DNA of 64,000 bases from Saccostrea cucullata (lineage: Eukaryota). Shown here in pieces: positions 34,701 to 49,423 of this stretch (within the stretch, counting starts at the first letter, position 1; each line of letters starts with the position of its first letter). A model generated the notes under the pieces. It searched no databases. It was not told where the DNA came from and saw only the letters and a program-made list of their open reading frames with translations. The position numbers and the translations under genes are program-made. The DNA lies in the NCBI RefSeq assembly GCF_032062105.1, contig NW_026939106.1, forward strand, positions 434,001 through 498,000, read 5' to 3'.

Positions 34701-36649
34701 GCAAGAGTATATATGCCTGGGTTTTTTTTCCACATGTCATAGGAATCGTTTTTACGCACCCCGCATCCCTGTAAAGACTGTGATTTACATATGAAATTTA
34801 GAGATAACGAACAGTATTCAAGTCCATTCAAATAATACAAATAAAACACGGACCTCTTTAACATCGGAGGTGAGATCAGGTGCCAGAGAGAAGTGAACAT
34901 ACCATACCGCTTTATATGTGCAGAGATGTACCAGAACTCTAAATCAAGATCATCTACGTTAATCGACGTTTACAGTAGTTTTTATAGATTTTGTTTTGCT
35001 CTGACTTTGCCATTTATTGATATCAGTCCAATAATGATCTAGCTTGTATTAGTTCTGAAAAAAAAAATAGACGCGTGTATCATTTGTTTATTTACTATAA
35101 TTCACTTCTGCCAAATTGAAATTTTGATTGCAGTCAATGCTTGTAATAAAGTTTTTTTTTTATCTAAATCTAAAAAAACTACATATAAAATCATTGTTAC
35201 AGCTAGAACATCTTTAAATTGAGTGAAGTTGATTTTTACGGGGTAGGGGAGAAAAAAAAATAGGTAAATCTCTCATAATCACTACATAGTTATCAAGAAA
35301 TAAACATGTATGTGAATCAAAAGCAAAATAAGGAATTGAAAATAATTTAAAGAAGTGACATTATTAGTACAATACCGATTTGTAATAAAATCTTATTATT
35401 GCCTCGTCCGTACCTTGACTTATAACACTGAACAAGATTCTGTTTTGAAAAAAACCCAGTAATTTTATTGGTTAAGAAATACCGGTATTTTACAAAGCAA
35501 AATATATCTCTTGATAAAATATTTGTTCTCTTACATATATTTTTTCTTTCTCTTTCTTTTTCAAAAAGGAGCAGCATCTATTGCTAATATATATTTCTTG
35601 AACTTTGTCCAACTTTTTTTGGTCCCGTTTTCGAAGATTCGGGAGTTTATTACGTTTGCCCTGTTCGTCCGTCTGTCTGTCCACAACAATTTTAACCTTA
35701 ACCATAACTTTTAAGTGAGTGAGGCTTTGACTTTCAATGTATATTCCTTGTGACAAGACCTTTCAATGGCTAGGACTTTCACATTTTACAGATGTATTTT
35801 TGTGACAAGACCTTGCTTGGGATATCAGCAATATTGACCTTGGAGTTTGACTTCAACCCTCACTATAAGCTGCAATAAGGGGGTATCAGTGTTTCAAAAA
35901 ACATTTTGTTCTCTCCAAAGACGCCGAGGGTCCTTAAAATATTAGCCCCCAAAATACTAAAGATTAAGAAATGTATTCCTATTGTCATAAACTTTTTTTA
36001 TGGTAAAGGGAAAAACCCCTTCATGTTCAAGCTATAATATTTTTATGTAATTTCCTATATATTAGATATTCTTCAAATAAAATGGCCATGCTCACGCATC
36101 CGAGTAATTATCTAAATGACATTTTACAGTTCGTGGTGGAAATAAATTCGTCATCATACATCATCGAAAATTAATCCTCACGAAAATTATTGATTTTACA
36201 GTACATTTAGTTATCTTTCCATATAACGGTACTTTGAAGGAGAAAAGTCTATTTGTAAAACGAGAAATCTCCCTTTCGAGAATAAAGATCGGTGTCAAAA
36301 AGTGATCATATCTGTTATAATTAACGGAAAGATCTATCTCTTTCTGGCGCTCGATTCATTTTCATCAAAAATGAAAACGAGGTTACCACGCATGACAAGA
36401 GGACATCAAAAAGTAATCTGCTTATGATATTCGACATAAACCAAATAAGATGTCGCTTTTTTATGAAAGGAGCTTAATCATAAACCAGTGATGTTGTAAC
36501 AAAATACGGGTCTATTATACCATGTGCTGCTCAGGTTTTATTCTAGCATGCGCAGTATCGCCATTTACTTCGTTATGTACAGAGTGAATTTACTCGCTCG
36601 TCCTGAAATGAAGTGATCTGTTTTATTGCATGGATCTCTGTATTATCAG

Positions 36650-39600
36650 AATGTAAATGCAGATAACGATCGAGGCTTATCTGGGTACAGTGTGATAAAT
36701 GCAGTAAAAAGTACACGGAAAAAATATGTTAATTTAATCTGCTGCAGAGGCTTCTATTTTCTTCAACATGCAGTCTCTGTAAATGAAGAATCAATTTTCG
36801 TGATTGGGAGTGCAAGAAGAGAAGCAAAGTTGCATTCTAGCTTGTATACTAGTATTACCAAAGCAATTAGCATCAAGTGAGGGTTGTTCTACGCAAGCAA
36901 AATCTTTTTTGTTTTGTTTTATTTTTAAAAATCCTTTCTTGTTTTCAGGAATAGGTTTAGTCAAAACGAAAACGTAAGTAAAACTTACATCCTTGTGGCA
37001 TGTGCGTTTTCTTAGGAAGAGAATATTTTTCACAAAAACTATAATTATTTTGCTTAAAAAAGACTTTTTATGAATATTTCTGTATTGTCAAAAATGATAT
37101 CTCAAAAAAAATCAAAAAAAATCAAAAAAAAAAAAAAAAATTGGAAAAAAAATGAATCAAGGAGAAATTTGCTTATGTTTTGAAGATTTCTATTTTGGTG
37201 AGAGATATTTAATTGAACAAGGTATCTTTCAGAGGGATCAACTCTTTTTGTGTGTGTGTGTGAGGGTGTTTGTGTGTATTAATAGAGAAGCATATATATC
37301 TTTAACATAAATTCACTATTCAATGAGATTTTTTGCTGTTAAACGAGATATCTCTCTTAGACAGTTAAAATAAATTTCCTCCAAGAAAGAAATATCGACA
37401 TTGATACACATGTACCCTTTTAGATTTATTCAAGGATATCTCAATATATAAAAGTGCTTTCGGTTTAGATAGAAGCTAGGTCGACTTGCCATTCATGTAC
37501 GTGTACATGTAGAAAAAAAGTACACCTGCACATAAAAGCATTTAACTTTCAATCTTTGCTAAAAGTCAGTAGTTAGGTTGTATGGTTAATATTCACAAGG
37601 TATCCATATTGTTTAAGTTCATTTTCAGTCATAGTTCTTAAGGATCTTTTTCTTAAGATCTTCATATACGAAGCTTTATTACATTTTTAATGAAATACTG
37701 TAATTTATATCAAACATGGATTCTACTCATATCCATTAGATACAACTACATGTACTTGGATAAAAATCCGCGGGTATGCTTTATTCATATCTAATTTCGG
37801 TTTTGACTCAATCCCTCGCTTCAAGATGAAATTTTATCAAAAACGTTTACGCAAATGAAATGTGTTTCACGGATGCCCAGTGTAGCAAAATTTAAAGATT
37901 TTTTTAATGCATGTCAAAGTCAAATGATTAGAAATGGTGTTACCTAAAGAAATGAATAAACTGTGGGGTACGAACCGTTTAAGTGTTGGTTAAAGTTTTT
38001 TTTTTTTTTTCAAAAATGGTAAAACTTCAATATAAAAAAAAAGAAAAAATAATGGGTCCTAGGGGAAAGTTTTGTCATAAAAAATTAACTTGTGGATTAT
38101 AAAATCCCTAGCACCAACTGTTTAAAAGATAACGGTTGTCAAGGTAAATTCTTTTCAAACGTAGGTCAAATTCTAAGGTCAAGAACAAAAGGTAAAAAAT
38201 TGTTGGTATTCAAAGAAAGGGCACATAATAAGGCATTCCCCTGTGAAAATACGAAAGCCCCTACTGGTACTAAATGATCAAGAGTTATGGCCAATTAAGG
38301 TTTAAAGAAAAAGCTTTTCAAAGCGAAACTCTCGGGTTAACGTTAAAATGAAAATAAACATATTTAAGGAAAGGTGTTGTCACAATGAATAATTATATCT
38401 GTGATGTATGAAAGCTCTAGCTCCAACTGTTAAAAGGTTATGGCCAATGTTAAAGCATTGTAAATGCTTGTAAAATGTAAATGCAGATAACGATCGAGGT
38501 TTATCTGGGTAGAGTGTGATAAATGCAATAAAAAGTACACGGAAAGAATATGTTAATTTAATCTGCAGTGGCTTGGATTTCCTTAAACATGGAGTCTCAT
38601 CAGAAGAGGAATCAATTTTTCCTGATTGAGAGTGCAAGAAGAGAAGCAAAGTTGAAATCCTAGCTTGTTTTTTACCAAAGCAATTAGCATCAAGTGAGGA
38701 TTGTTCTACGCAAACAAAATCTGTTTTGTTTTATTTTATTTTTTTAAACCCATTTATCAAATTCAGGAATATGTTTAGTCAAAACGAAAGTATTGTTGTG
38801 GTAAAACTAAAATCCTGGTGCCAATAAACAGAATATATTTTTTACCAAAACTTAAACTGTTTTGCAAAAAATCTTATATGACTTCACAAACTAGTTTTTA
38901 TGGATAATGTGGTATTATCCAAAATAATATCTCTAAGACTCTTAACAAGTTAACACGAATCAAAGAGATATTTGTTTGTGTTTTAAAGATTTCTCTCTTT
39001 TGGTGAGAGAAATTTTATTGAACAAGACAATGATAACCTTTCTTCTTTTGTTGTACATTGAGATACATATATCTCTTTAACAAATTTACTATGCTGTGAG
39101 TTTTTTTTCTGTTAAACTAGATACCTCTCATAGACAGATAAATTGAATTTCCTGCAAAAAATATCAACATTGATATACATGTATCTTTTTAGATCTATTA
39201 AAAGTACTGTATCAAAGGATATTTCAATATATAAAAGTGATAGCTTGCTTTCAGTTTAGATAGAAGTTAGGTCTACTTGCCATTCATGCACATGTAGAAA
39301 AGAAAGTACGTAAAAGTATTTTTCTTTCAACCTTTGCACAGAGGTCAATAGATGGTCATAACGGTTAATATTCACAAGGTATCCATATTATAAATCAAGC
39401 AATTCATTTTTAGTTTAAGTTCTTTAAGGATATTTATCTTAAGGTCATCAAATACGAAGCTTTATTACATTTTTCAATGAAATACTGTAATGTATCGCAA
39501 CCTTGGATTCTACTCATATCCATTAGATAAACGTACTTGATCCACGCGTATTCTTAATTAATAGCACACTTCCAGTTTTGATACAATCCCTCGCTTCGAG

Positions 39601-40110
39601 ATGAAATTTTATCAAAAAACTCTTATGTGAATGAAATGTGTTTCTGATACACGGATGCCCTCGTGTAGCAAAATTTAATATTTCTCTTATGAAAGCGAGA
39701 GATAAGAAATGTTGATACCAATAAAATGAATTAATTGTGAAGTACAAACCGTTTTTAAGAGTTGGTCAAGGTTAATTTTTTAAAAAGTGGTTAAAACTAC
39801 AAGATCAAAATTAATGGAACCTAGGGGAAAGTCTTGTCACAAAAAATTAACTTGTGGAATATAAAGGCCTTTAGCACCAACTGTTTAAAAGATGACGGTT
39901 GTCAGGGTAAATTCTTTTCAAAAGTAGGTCATATTCTAAGATCAAGATCAAAAGGTAAAATTGTTGGTATTCAAAGAAAAGGCATATAACAAGGCATTCT
40001 TTTGTGAAATACGAAAGCTCTTTCTAGCATTAAATGATCAAGAGTTATGGACAAGGTTAAAAAAGGTTTTAAATGTGGCTCAAACTCTAGGGTCAAGATT
40101 AAAATGAAAA
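36650..40110 (+). repeat. Diverged ~1.8-kb tandem duplication (36650-38350 vs 38474-40110)
   Basis: AATGTAAATGCAGATAACGATCGAGG.TTATCTGGGTA at 36650 and 38474. Colinear anchors follow, e.g. CCAAAGCAATTAGCATCAAGTGAGG, CAATCCCTCGCTTC and CCTAGGGGAAAGT. Confidence 0.88.
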
Positions 40111-40309
40111 TATTCATACAGTGTACATAAGGAAAGGTCTTGTCACAATAAATAATTATATCTGTGAAGTATAAAAGCTCTATCTCCAACTTTTGAAAGG
40201 TCATGACCAATGTTAAAGTTTGGTAAATTTTTGTGAATCAAACTCCAATTTCAAGAAGTAATGTATATATGTTGGTAACCAAAGAAAGGTCTTGAAACCA
40301 TGGCTATGC

Positions 40310-40672
40310 CGTTCATGAGAAGATTTTTGGAAGATTTTTCCTCCATAATCCTTTGTAAAACTTTGAACATCCATTGTGGCCCCATCCTACCCCCGTGGGA
40401 TCATGATTTGAACAAAGCTGAATTTACAATACCTGAGGATGTTTCCACAAAAGTTTCATCTTTCCAGCTTCTTGAGAAGATGCCATTATTTTTTTTCACT
40501 AATTCCTAGTTATCTCCCTTTGAAATAGGGCGTGGTTCTTCATTTGAATAAATTTGAATCCCCTTTACCCAAGGATACTTTCAGGCAAGTTTGGTTGAAA
40601 TTGGCACAGTGGTTCTTGGGAAGAAGATGAAATTGTGAAAAGTTTACAACGACGACGACAGACAATGGACAC

Positions 40673-40718
<46 letters not shown>
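40310..40718 (-). mobile_element. Partial Helentron of the same family as 30277-31760
   Basis: GAAAAGCTCACTTGAGCCTTCGGCTCAGGTGAGCTA terminus, a GACGAC microsatellite and a satellite-like body. Confidence 0.7.
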
Positions 40719-43700
40719 GAAATCCTGTCCGACTAGTGAAATAAGTTAAAACCAACTGCAAAACATTGAATATCCTCTGTGAATTATTTATTGTATTAGT
40801 AATAATGCACTGAATGCACCAGCAAACAAAATGCAAACATATGCATACATGTATTCCTATTCAGTTGTATTTTTGATGCGTAATTTTTGTTTTTTATTCT
40901 GTATTACCATATTCGATGAGATGCAAATTTTACTTGTAAATACTGTAATAGGCGGAAATGTCGTGGGAATTATCACTCTCTGCTTTTGTTATTGAACTGT
41001 CTTCAAGACTAAGCAGGAGTACTATAGTTATGACGTTCCCTTATTCTTAAGAGTGTGTGTTTTTGTCCAATGCAAGACATCTGAGAAATTAAGCTGTATC
41101 TTCAATTTTGGAAACCACAAAACCTTTTTTGGGATATACCCAACATATTTGACCTCTTTGATGTCTTATCACAAGGAATACACATTTGAAATATTTGAGC
41201 AATAGATCCAACCAATCAAGTTATTGGCAATTTCAAAGTTTTTTGCGGACAGACAAACAGATAAACAGACAGACAACCAGGCATGTGGACGGACGGAGCA
41301 AAAACTCTATGCCCCGAATTTATGATTAAGGGGACATAAAAATTCCACCTCCATCGACGATAAACAAGGAATGATGGTAATTTTATGGTCATAGGAATAG
41401 GAATATCCTTTATTTTTAAGGAGGTCAAAAATTTAATAAATTCCAGATTTAACTTATTTTTTTTTGGTATATTTAGCTGTCAACTATCATTTGGCAAAGA
41501 AAAAATTCGTTTTAAAATTTTATCATTTTGTATATCTTTATATGGAGCTCTCCTTTTAAAGGAGATTGAAATAGTCTAAAAATGGCTGCCACCCCCTAGC
41601 CTCGTTAATACCTAACAACGTGTAATCTGGTCCTGAAAGAAGTTACAACATGTAATAAATTTAAATTTTCATTCTTTATTTGTCTACTATTCATTTCAAC
41701 CGAAAGTAATAAAGTACATTTTTAGAGAACTAAGATAAAATGTATAAGAAATGAGAGTCCGATTTTTTGCTGGCCATTGTCTTACGTCACCACAAAAAAT
41801 GATGATAAGATACACAGTATACACAATAATTGGTCTTCAATCCGATACCCTGTTAGAACGAGAAAGTAATGACATTACGTGGGGGAGATTAATGAGGCGA
41901 TCTGGTGGGCCTAATGACCGTCTTCTGTCTTACCTTCTCCAATCTTTCGACCTACGCATTTTGGCATTAAGGAATCATTTTTAGTCTTAATTTTGGTTTC
42001 ACTATTTTTAAAAGAATATTCAATTTTATATACGTATTCTGAATATGATAAATTAACAGAGATTTATCCCTTTTTAAGCTGTTTTATAGAGTTTGGTACA
42101 AAATTTACTTTTTTTTTTCATTTTTGCGATTTTTAATTTTTGTTAAATTTTCAATTCAGATCGCAGGCTACGAAGCTCATCTTTGATAATTTGGATACAC
42201 AGATATCAAAAAATAAATCAAAACTGGCATATTCCAATGTATACTAATCATAACACATGACGTACTTTACACTTTGATCTATATATTTCATTCTGGTAGT
42301 ACTTTAGATGACTAATATTTTTAAAAATTCATTTAAACCCAAAACTCAAACGGTTTTAGAAAAGATTTTAATAAGTATAATAATGGTCATACGGAATTCA
42401 ACAGATTGAAATGTTACTTTGAAAGAGGGCATCTATTTTCACTTAGAACAGAAATTTACGGTGATTGTTATGTGGGCAGACATTAACTATATAACACTAA
42501 ACCAGATTATTAGATTGTCATAAAATAATCTCTTGTATTTCATGTCCTAGTTATTACATATTTAACTCGAGAAGAAAGGCAACTGCTCTTTAAAATCAGC
42601 CTGAGGTTTTTGGGATAAAAAGTTCTAACATTATCATTTTAAAGACAAAACAAAGTTTCGTAACACTGACTAATAATTGATAATGATAACAAAGATTTTT
42701 TTAAAGTAGTTGGGTGGGAGGGAACTTAATTTAATTACACTGGGCCAACAGGAATCTTGTCCACACCTGACATATTTTTCACTAAAGTTCAAACTGCATG
42801 GAAAAATGAATCAAAGATTAATATATATGTAGATTGAAAATAGACCGACGTGTGACTTGTGCAATTTAAAATCTCAATGCTACATAATTATATGTATACA
42901 ATGTACTAAAAATAACTGAATAATTTTTCTATTAAAAAGTGGGTGGTTCTCATTCTCTCTCATGAAATTTGGCAAAAAGTCTACGTAATTGTGATCAAAA
43001 TATATTTTTTGAGACATAAGTGACATGCATGTATCTGTAAATCATTTTTTTTAAAATTTGAAGTCGTACAAAAAAGCATTCAAAAGAAACATTGAAAAGG
43101 GGTTATAGGTAAGACCCCCCCCTTTTTTTTCCCACTCATTCTCACCTAATGATTCTAAAATATGCCTACCTATTTATCTTGTTGCAACTCGACATAACTG
43201 ACACTAATACATGTACATAATTAAAAATCAGACTTTCACTTACATCAGGACGCCCCGACATTTGAATTTGCGAATTTTGTTATTGTGAAGGTATCCAGGC
43301 AAAGAGCGGGGGAGGGGGGAGGAGGTCCGACAGCCCACAACTTTTAAGTCGCATACTAAACGAAGATCTATTTTCCTCGATCAACCGTGACATAATTTGA
43401 AGAGTATGTTGCAGGTCGAGTGTGACACTTGATACGATTTCAATTTCTATTTCAAGAAAAACCCTCCCCAGAGTTTAAATATCGGCGTAGTGATAAATGA
43501 CTTGCATAATGCAGCAACAACTCGCGGTTAAGCGTTTGAAACTCGAAACATTTAATTTTTTAAAAGTAAATCTGGAAATTCTTTCAGCTCTTAGTGTGTA
43601 ATGATTCGAAGCTCCAAAAGATCGTAAAGAATTTAATGTTTTTAATTAAATTATTTCGGAAGCTGTCGGCAGAAGAGGACCTAGTATTTTGTCGTCATGC

Positions 43701-46700
43701 TGTCGTCTTAATTACTTTGATCTTCTATTCCTGTCAAATTTAGTGGATCTTATTTCATTACAAAATACGAAAATTGTCAATTAGTGCACACCAAAACCAA
43801 TGTTTTACAGTATTTGAGAGCTACAAAGCGGATTTAATGGCTAAATTTTGAATTAATGTTTGGAATTTACGTCGAAGTTTGCACTCAATTACTTTATTTT
43901 ATTTACCTTTTTGGTGAAGGTAAGTAAATGTCAATTTCAATAGCTTTTCTTCCGGGATTGCTTAGAAATCATCTCGACATAATATTGTAGATTTTATAAT
44001 GTATACTGGCAAAAATTGTTTGAGAAAAATTTAATTGCACTTTTAACATCGTGATCTCGAACACCCAAATCTCGAACACTGGCAGGAATTTGTCAACTGA
44101 AAGTGATTTGGCAGTCCCAAATTTCGTTTCACCTCCTTATCTCGAATCCCCGGATGTCTCAAAGTTTCCCTCAGTCCCGTAGAGTGTAGTGTGAGATGGC
44201 CAGGTTTGACTGTTCAGTGTAGTTCACTTCCTTAGCACCATCAGTTCATTTTGCAACGAAACATGGTATTCTCTCCGAGAAGGATTCAAACTTTTGTGGA
44301 GATTTCTCTCTCGTTGAGGGTAAGCGTTATGTGCTGGGGGCTGTGTTTGTGTGTGTGTGTGTGTGTGGTGGGGGGGGTTACAGTAATGTGATAAAAATTT
44401 CGAGAATTTACAATACAGTCATTGCAAAAGTTATAATAAAGGTTAGTTAAAAGATAAAGCCAAATTGTTTTGACTTTCTTCTCTGTTGAGAGAAACTGGT
44501 GCGTGTTTGTAGATTCTGATTTTATAAGCATAGCAGCTTTTTTGGCACATTAAAAAAATATTACATTGTAGCCCATAAACTTCTTAGTGAAGGGAGGGGG
44601 GGGGACACATCATGACATAGATTTGAAAATTCCACAAAAATTTATCAAATTATTTTTGGGCCCTCGTAAGCGAAGATTTGGGGTTATACTGTATAGTTTT
44701 GTCCTGTCCATCTGTTTGTTCGCAAAAACCTTTCCTTGCCCATATAATATGATTGGTGAGAGTTATAACTTCCATATTTTAAATGTGTATTTCTTATGAC
44801 AAGTCTTTACTTTTGGTACCAACAAATTAGACCTCTTAATCCTTCCCTTGCAGTTTGGCCCACTTTTGCAAAAAATTACCTTACCTTAACCTTGGCTGTA
44901 ACTTATTTCTTTTGGATACCACAGATTTTTAACCTTTTAACTGTAACCTTAGAGTTGACCTACCTTTAATAGACTTTAACCTTGAACATAACCGTTGGAC
45001 ATTTGTGCTAAGGCTTCTACATTTCACAAGTTTTTTTTCTTATGACAAGGCCTTTTCATTGGTACCATTATTTTTTACCTTAACCTCGGAGTTTGACCCA
45101 CTTTTATAAAACTCAAACCTTGGCCATAACTTTTGAACGGTAGGTGCTTGGTCTTCATATTTCACAGTCATGTATATTCATTGAGACAAGTCCTTTCTTT
45201 GGGTAACAACTTTTTTTATCTCTTGACCTTGAAGTTTGACTTGCAACTGCCATATGGAGAAATGTTTCAAGGGAAGAAAAAAAATATTTTGACGAAGAGC
45301 GGTTCGAGATCCAGCTTAGGGGTCGAAATGAAGATTCAAATTATTTCTCGACATCGACGGGACAGTCGGAAAATGTCGAGATATCCGAGGAAGAGATATC
45401 AGAGTTTCGATGTCCTTAATTTTACTGCATAGCAAAACCATAGACTTAAACTGAACAGACGTATAACTACAGGTACCTACATGTCTTCAATTAGACTGTA
45501 GCTTATTTGTTTAAGCTATTCCTCTATATTTATTAGAAAATTTGAGAAGTTTTTCACAAATGTTATTTATGAAATGCTTTCTTTTTTTATCGAAATCTTA
45601 TGATTTTACTAAAAACCGTTCTCCATCCAGCATTCGATCCGCGTGCCACTAGCTCTGTCAGAACAGGAAACGAAATGCGCTCTATAAACTCCAAACTGCA
45701 ACGGTTCGACTTGACATACGGAAAAAAATTAATGCGTATATTTTTTTTTTAAATTATTTCACTTCACTTCTTTTTTATTTCATAACCATTCATAATTAAT
45801 ATTCATTTCATTTTCAAACCAAAATTAAATTGGAATTGCGCATTTAACAAACTTCATGATGTTACATATGCATCCATATTACGACGGATGCAATAGTCGT
45901 TGTTAGATTTGATTGATCTAAATTCATTTTTACAATTTATAAGTTAAATTGAATTCATTGTGTATATTGTTCCTTGTTATTTAGTTCCTGTTTTTTATAA
46001 AATGTTTAATTCGATATAAATATCGAAGATTTATCAATGATATTACCCAAGCTATACATTAAACAATTAACGTATTAGAGACGCCGAGGGGGCTTGGGTT
46101 TCCTCTACAAACGGGCAGTATGTAGTCAAAACATAGGTGTGAAAGGTGTGAATTTCTGACGACGTCGAGATACACGGAGTCGTCCGTGCGTGACGAGCGA
46201 CCAGCTGACAAACAATTTGGTTAAGTAGAGTAGAAAATTGCCCCGATGTCGACATATACCAGGTAAATTTTGCTCTTGGGACTGTGAAATACGTCGAGAT
46301 AAGCGGGGTAGTCGACATTACCGAGGTCGACATATCAGAGTTTTTGCAAATCATTTATATAGTAAATAATGCCGGGACCGCGGACGGACGTCGACATATC
46401 CCAGGTTGTCGACATATCCGATGTCGAGATACCGAAGTTTACCTGTAGTTGATACGGTGTATAGTTTTGATTACATTGAAGGCTTTTGTACACGATTCTA
46501 TTAATGCTGTGTTTTTACATTGTTAGATCTTTCTACAATCTTTTACTTATTTTCCAAAGTATTATTTTTCAATTATCAAAATATTCCCGAAGGCAATATT
46601 AAAATTCAGTTTAAACGAATTTCAATTTCCCTTTATTTTTCTCACGGGAGAAAAAAATTAATGGTTATTTTTGTTACGACGCTGTATTAAGACTATATAA

Positions 46701-47689
46701 TAAATGTTCCTCTGATAGTAAACTAATTTAAGGCTTCATATTCGATTTGCTTCTAAACACACTATTAAAAATGTCACGTTTCAATACATCTCAAAATGTC
46801 GCCAAATGTTAATTTGATTTTATAAAACCGACACAATCAGTTTCATCAGTGAAGGCTAGCTCACGACAAGGAGCAAGATTCAATTGATACAGACATTAAA
46901 ATTTTATAAGCAACAATGGGGAAATCTAAAGCTTTGTTGACCGTGTTAATGCTGAGTTGAAATCTCTGCCAGTTGCATGCAATTAATTCTCGAATGGCGA
47001 TGAAACTGTCTTTTTTCCTTTTGTCGACTTAAAAACGATTCCACTTTGGAAACAATGCATGATTGAAATCCACGAACATAAATATATCATATTTGACCCA
47101 GAGTGCAAAGTCATAGGGATTCCATTTTATATTCAAGAAACTTAATAGCCCTAGATTCCTTTTATTTTCAAGTGATATTTACGAATGTGTATGTCCCTTA
47201 GGAGACTTCTCATATTTACAGAAAGGAAAATGTCACCTCCGATGTCGAACGAGGCTAGCGCAGAAACCAAGTAGAAAGAATGCGCCTAACGTGCTTTGAC
47301 TGCATTTTCTAATCGATCAAAAGGAGTTGTGTGACTTTTACTTCTGACATGAGTCAATACGGAAGAAATATCATCTATCTTTAAAAAGTATAGATATCTA
47401 AACCGAGATGGTTTGGGGCATATCATAAAATGGTCACCAACTTTCAACTACCCGATTACAATATCCCTTACCATTTCAGAATTTCAGAATTTTACAATAT
47501 CCCTGAAAACAAATCATCTTTCCAATAATAAAATAAAATACAGTGACAGTTTCAGATATTAGGTTTCTGGGATATCGAATTGCCATCACATTTTACATTA
47601 CCCTTTATATTTCTATTTAGTATAACCAAGGAAAAAATATAGTATTTTTTCCAGATGAAACAAAGTATATCTTGTAATCTACATGAAAT

Positions 47690-48425
47690 ATGAACAGAAC
47701 GAACAGTAAGCAAGCTCAAAAATTGAAACAATAAAAATCAGGAGCAAAGCAAACACAAAATTATACATAAGAGGTGCGATCAGGTGTCATGGAGATGTAA
47801 GCATCCTCTTCCGGTAACACCCGCCGTGTGCTCGTTGTCATGGACGGACTCTTGAAGAAGTCCACGAACAATTCAGTGTGTAAAAAATATTCTGACAATC
47901 TGTATGAAAAACGTCAGTCAGCTTTCGACATAATACCAAATTTTATTTGCTGACAATTCATTGTATCACAAGAGACTTTGCGAAAATACCGTAAATCTGG
48001 AAATTTTTGCTGTAGATAAATTTTTAGCAAATTTGCGAGTTCATTGCATTCGCAAAAATATTTTTCTTAAAAATAAATTACCAATAAGAAAATGTAAACA
48101 AATCAGAGGTGATTCGCAAAATTTTGAAAAGTGAAAATTAATCAACACCATTTTGACCCGAATTCGCAAAATAAAAAAATTTCCAGATTTACGGTAATGT
48201 TGATTTTAAAGGAGACTGATGATATCCTTGTTTCATCAACTTGTTGATTAATAGCCTGTCTCATTTGAGATTTTTTTTTTCATACGTAGAGCATGCTCTT
48301 GCGTATCGAATCAACTGGGAGACATACAATTGCACACTCTATGTACAGATGAAAAGGGTGTATTGTTAGATGTACATAAATAAGGGAAATTGTTACTAGA
48401 AAAATTAATGTCATCACGTTTATCA
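47690..48425 (-). mobile_element. Degenerate retroelement remnant, probably Penelope-like (RT C-terminal part plus terminal sequence)
   Basis: Minus strand 48280-48425 reads with frameshifts as YDKRDD.NF...NFPYLC..N......Y.SQLIRYARACSTY. The GAGGTGCGATCAGGTG..GTAAGCATCC motif at 47771 recurs at ~34867 and ~55679. Confidence 0.55.
47989..48194. mobile_element. 206-bp Tc1/mariner-type MITE
   Basis: TIR CCGTAAATCTGGAAATTTTT / AAAAATTTCCAGATTTACGG with a TA TSD on both sides. Confidence 0.85.
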
Positions 48426-48540
48426 TAAAGTTTTTGTTAGATTGCCATCAACATATATTTAATAAATATGAAACAGATGTATTAGACACTGTTTTATCTT
48501 TTATTTCGAGTTCAAGGGGAAATAATGAACAACGCAGGGA

Positions 48541-48835
48541 TGATTGATTGATTCAATTTGATTGTATTTTTCTTAAACGTCCCTCTCGAAAAGTTTTCAC
48601 TCATATGGAGACGTCACCACTTGCCGATGGAGAGCTACAAAGTTTGTCCTAAACTCGGCACTAACGGCCATTGAGCAATGAGGGATTTTTTCGTGCGACA
48701 ATGGACTTCGGTTTATATAGTCTCATATGAAGAACAATCTCCATGTCCCACAGTGGGATTCGAACCCGCGACGTAAGGATCAGCTCCTTACTACCCGCCT
48801 CTATAACAGACACTCTAACCACTGCGCCACGCGGA
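48541..48835 (-). mobile_element. tRNA-derived SINE
   Basis: Minus-strand head GTGGCGCAGTGGTTAG (A box) and GGGTTCGAATCCC (B box), a shared body, and an (AATC)n tail. Confidence 0.8.
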
Positions 48836-49423
48836 AGCAGGGATGATAAAACGTCGACATATCTAAATGTTGATGTCTAAGCTTTATATGTGAATTTTGA
48901 GTCATCCTATATTAGTAGTTATCTTAAATATACTTTAAAAATTCTTTGATATAACTCTTGACAACAGTTGTCACTTTCCTACGACAGCCCTCAGCGGAGT
49001 CTTTCTGACTATGTCAGTTTCCTACTTGTTTTCAGTAAACCTCCGTACGATGTTTTAACTTTATCTCAGTGCTTCATGATATCTATACTCTGTATAACAA
49101 CCCAACACGCCTACTGCAGCTATTACTTTCTCTGTGTGGGTCTAATTTCATAACAAAAGTCATAATCTAAACTTTTCAAATCCTTTTCCTCCATTAATTC
49201 GTATTTCTTTTCTCTCTTTTTCTGGATTAAATACATGGTATTGATCGCCTACAGGTAATAGTTATGCTGTCATCTGCCTAGGGTATGGCTTGTATTTTTA
49301 TTTAAACAATGATTTACTGCTAAGAAGTCCCATTCGCCGTTATATAAAATAAAAACTTTAACCATTTTTCTTCTGTCTTTTGCAGCGCACCTTAATAAAG
49401 ACACCTTATCATGTGATCTAACG

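Noticed and set aside
44045-46447. pogo-like MITE ends with TCGAGAT/TCGACAT repeats (~44045-44213, 45300-45430, 46155-46447)
   Set aside because: Probably transposon fragments, but I could not pair termini or find TSDs confidently.
48755-48835. tRNA gene
   Set aside because: A and B boxes are present, but there is no clean cloverleaf and it continues into a SINE body and tail. The same applies at ~51095-51170.
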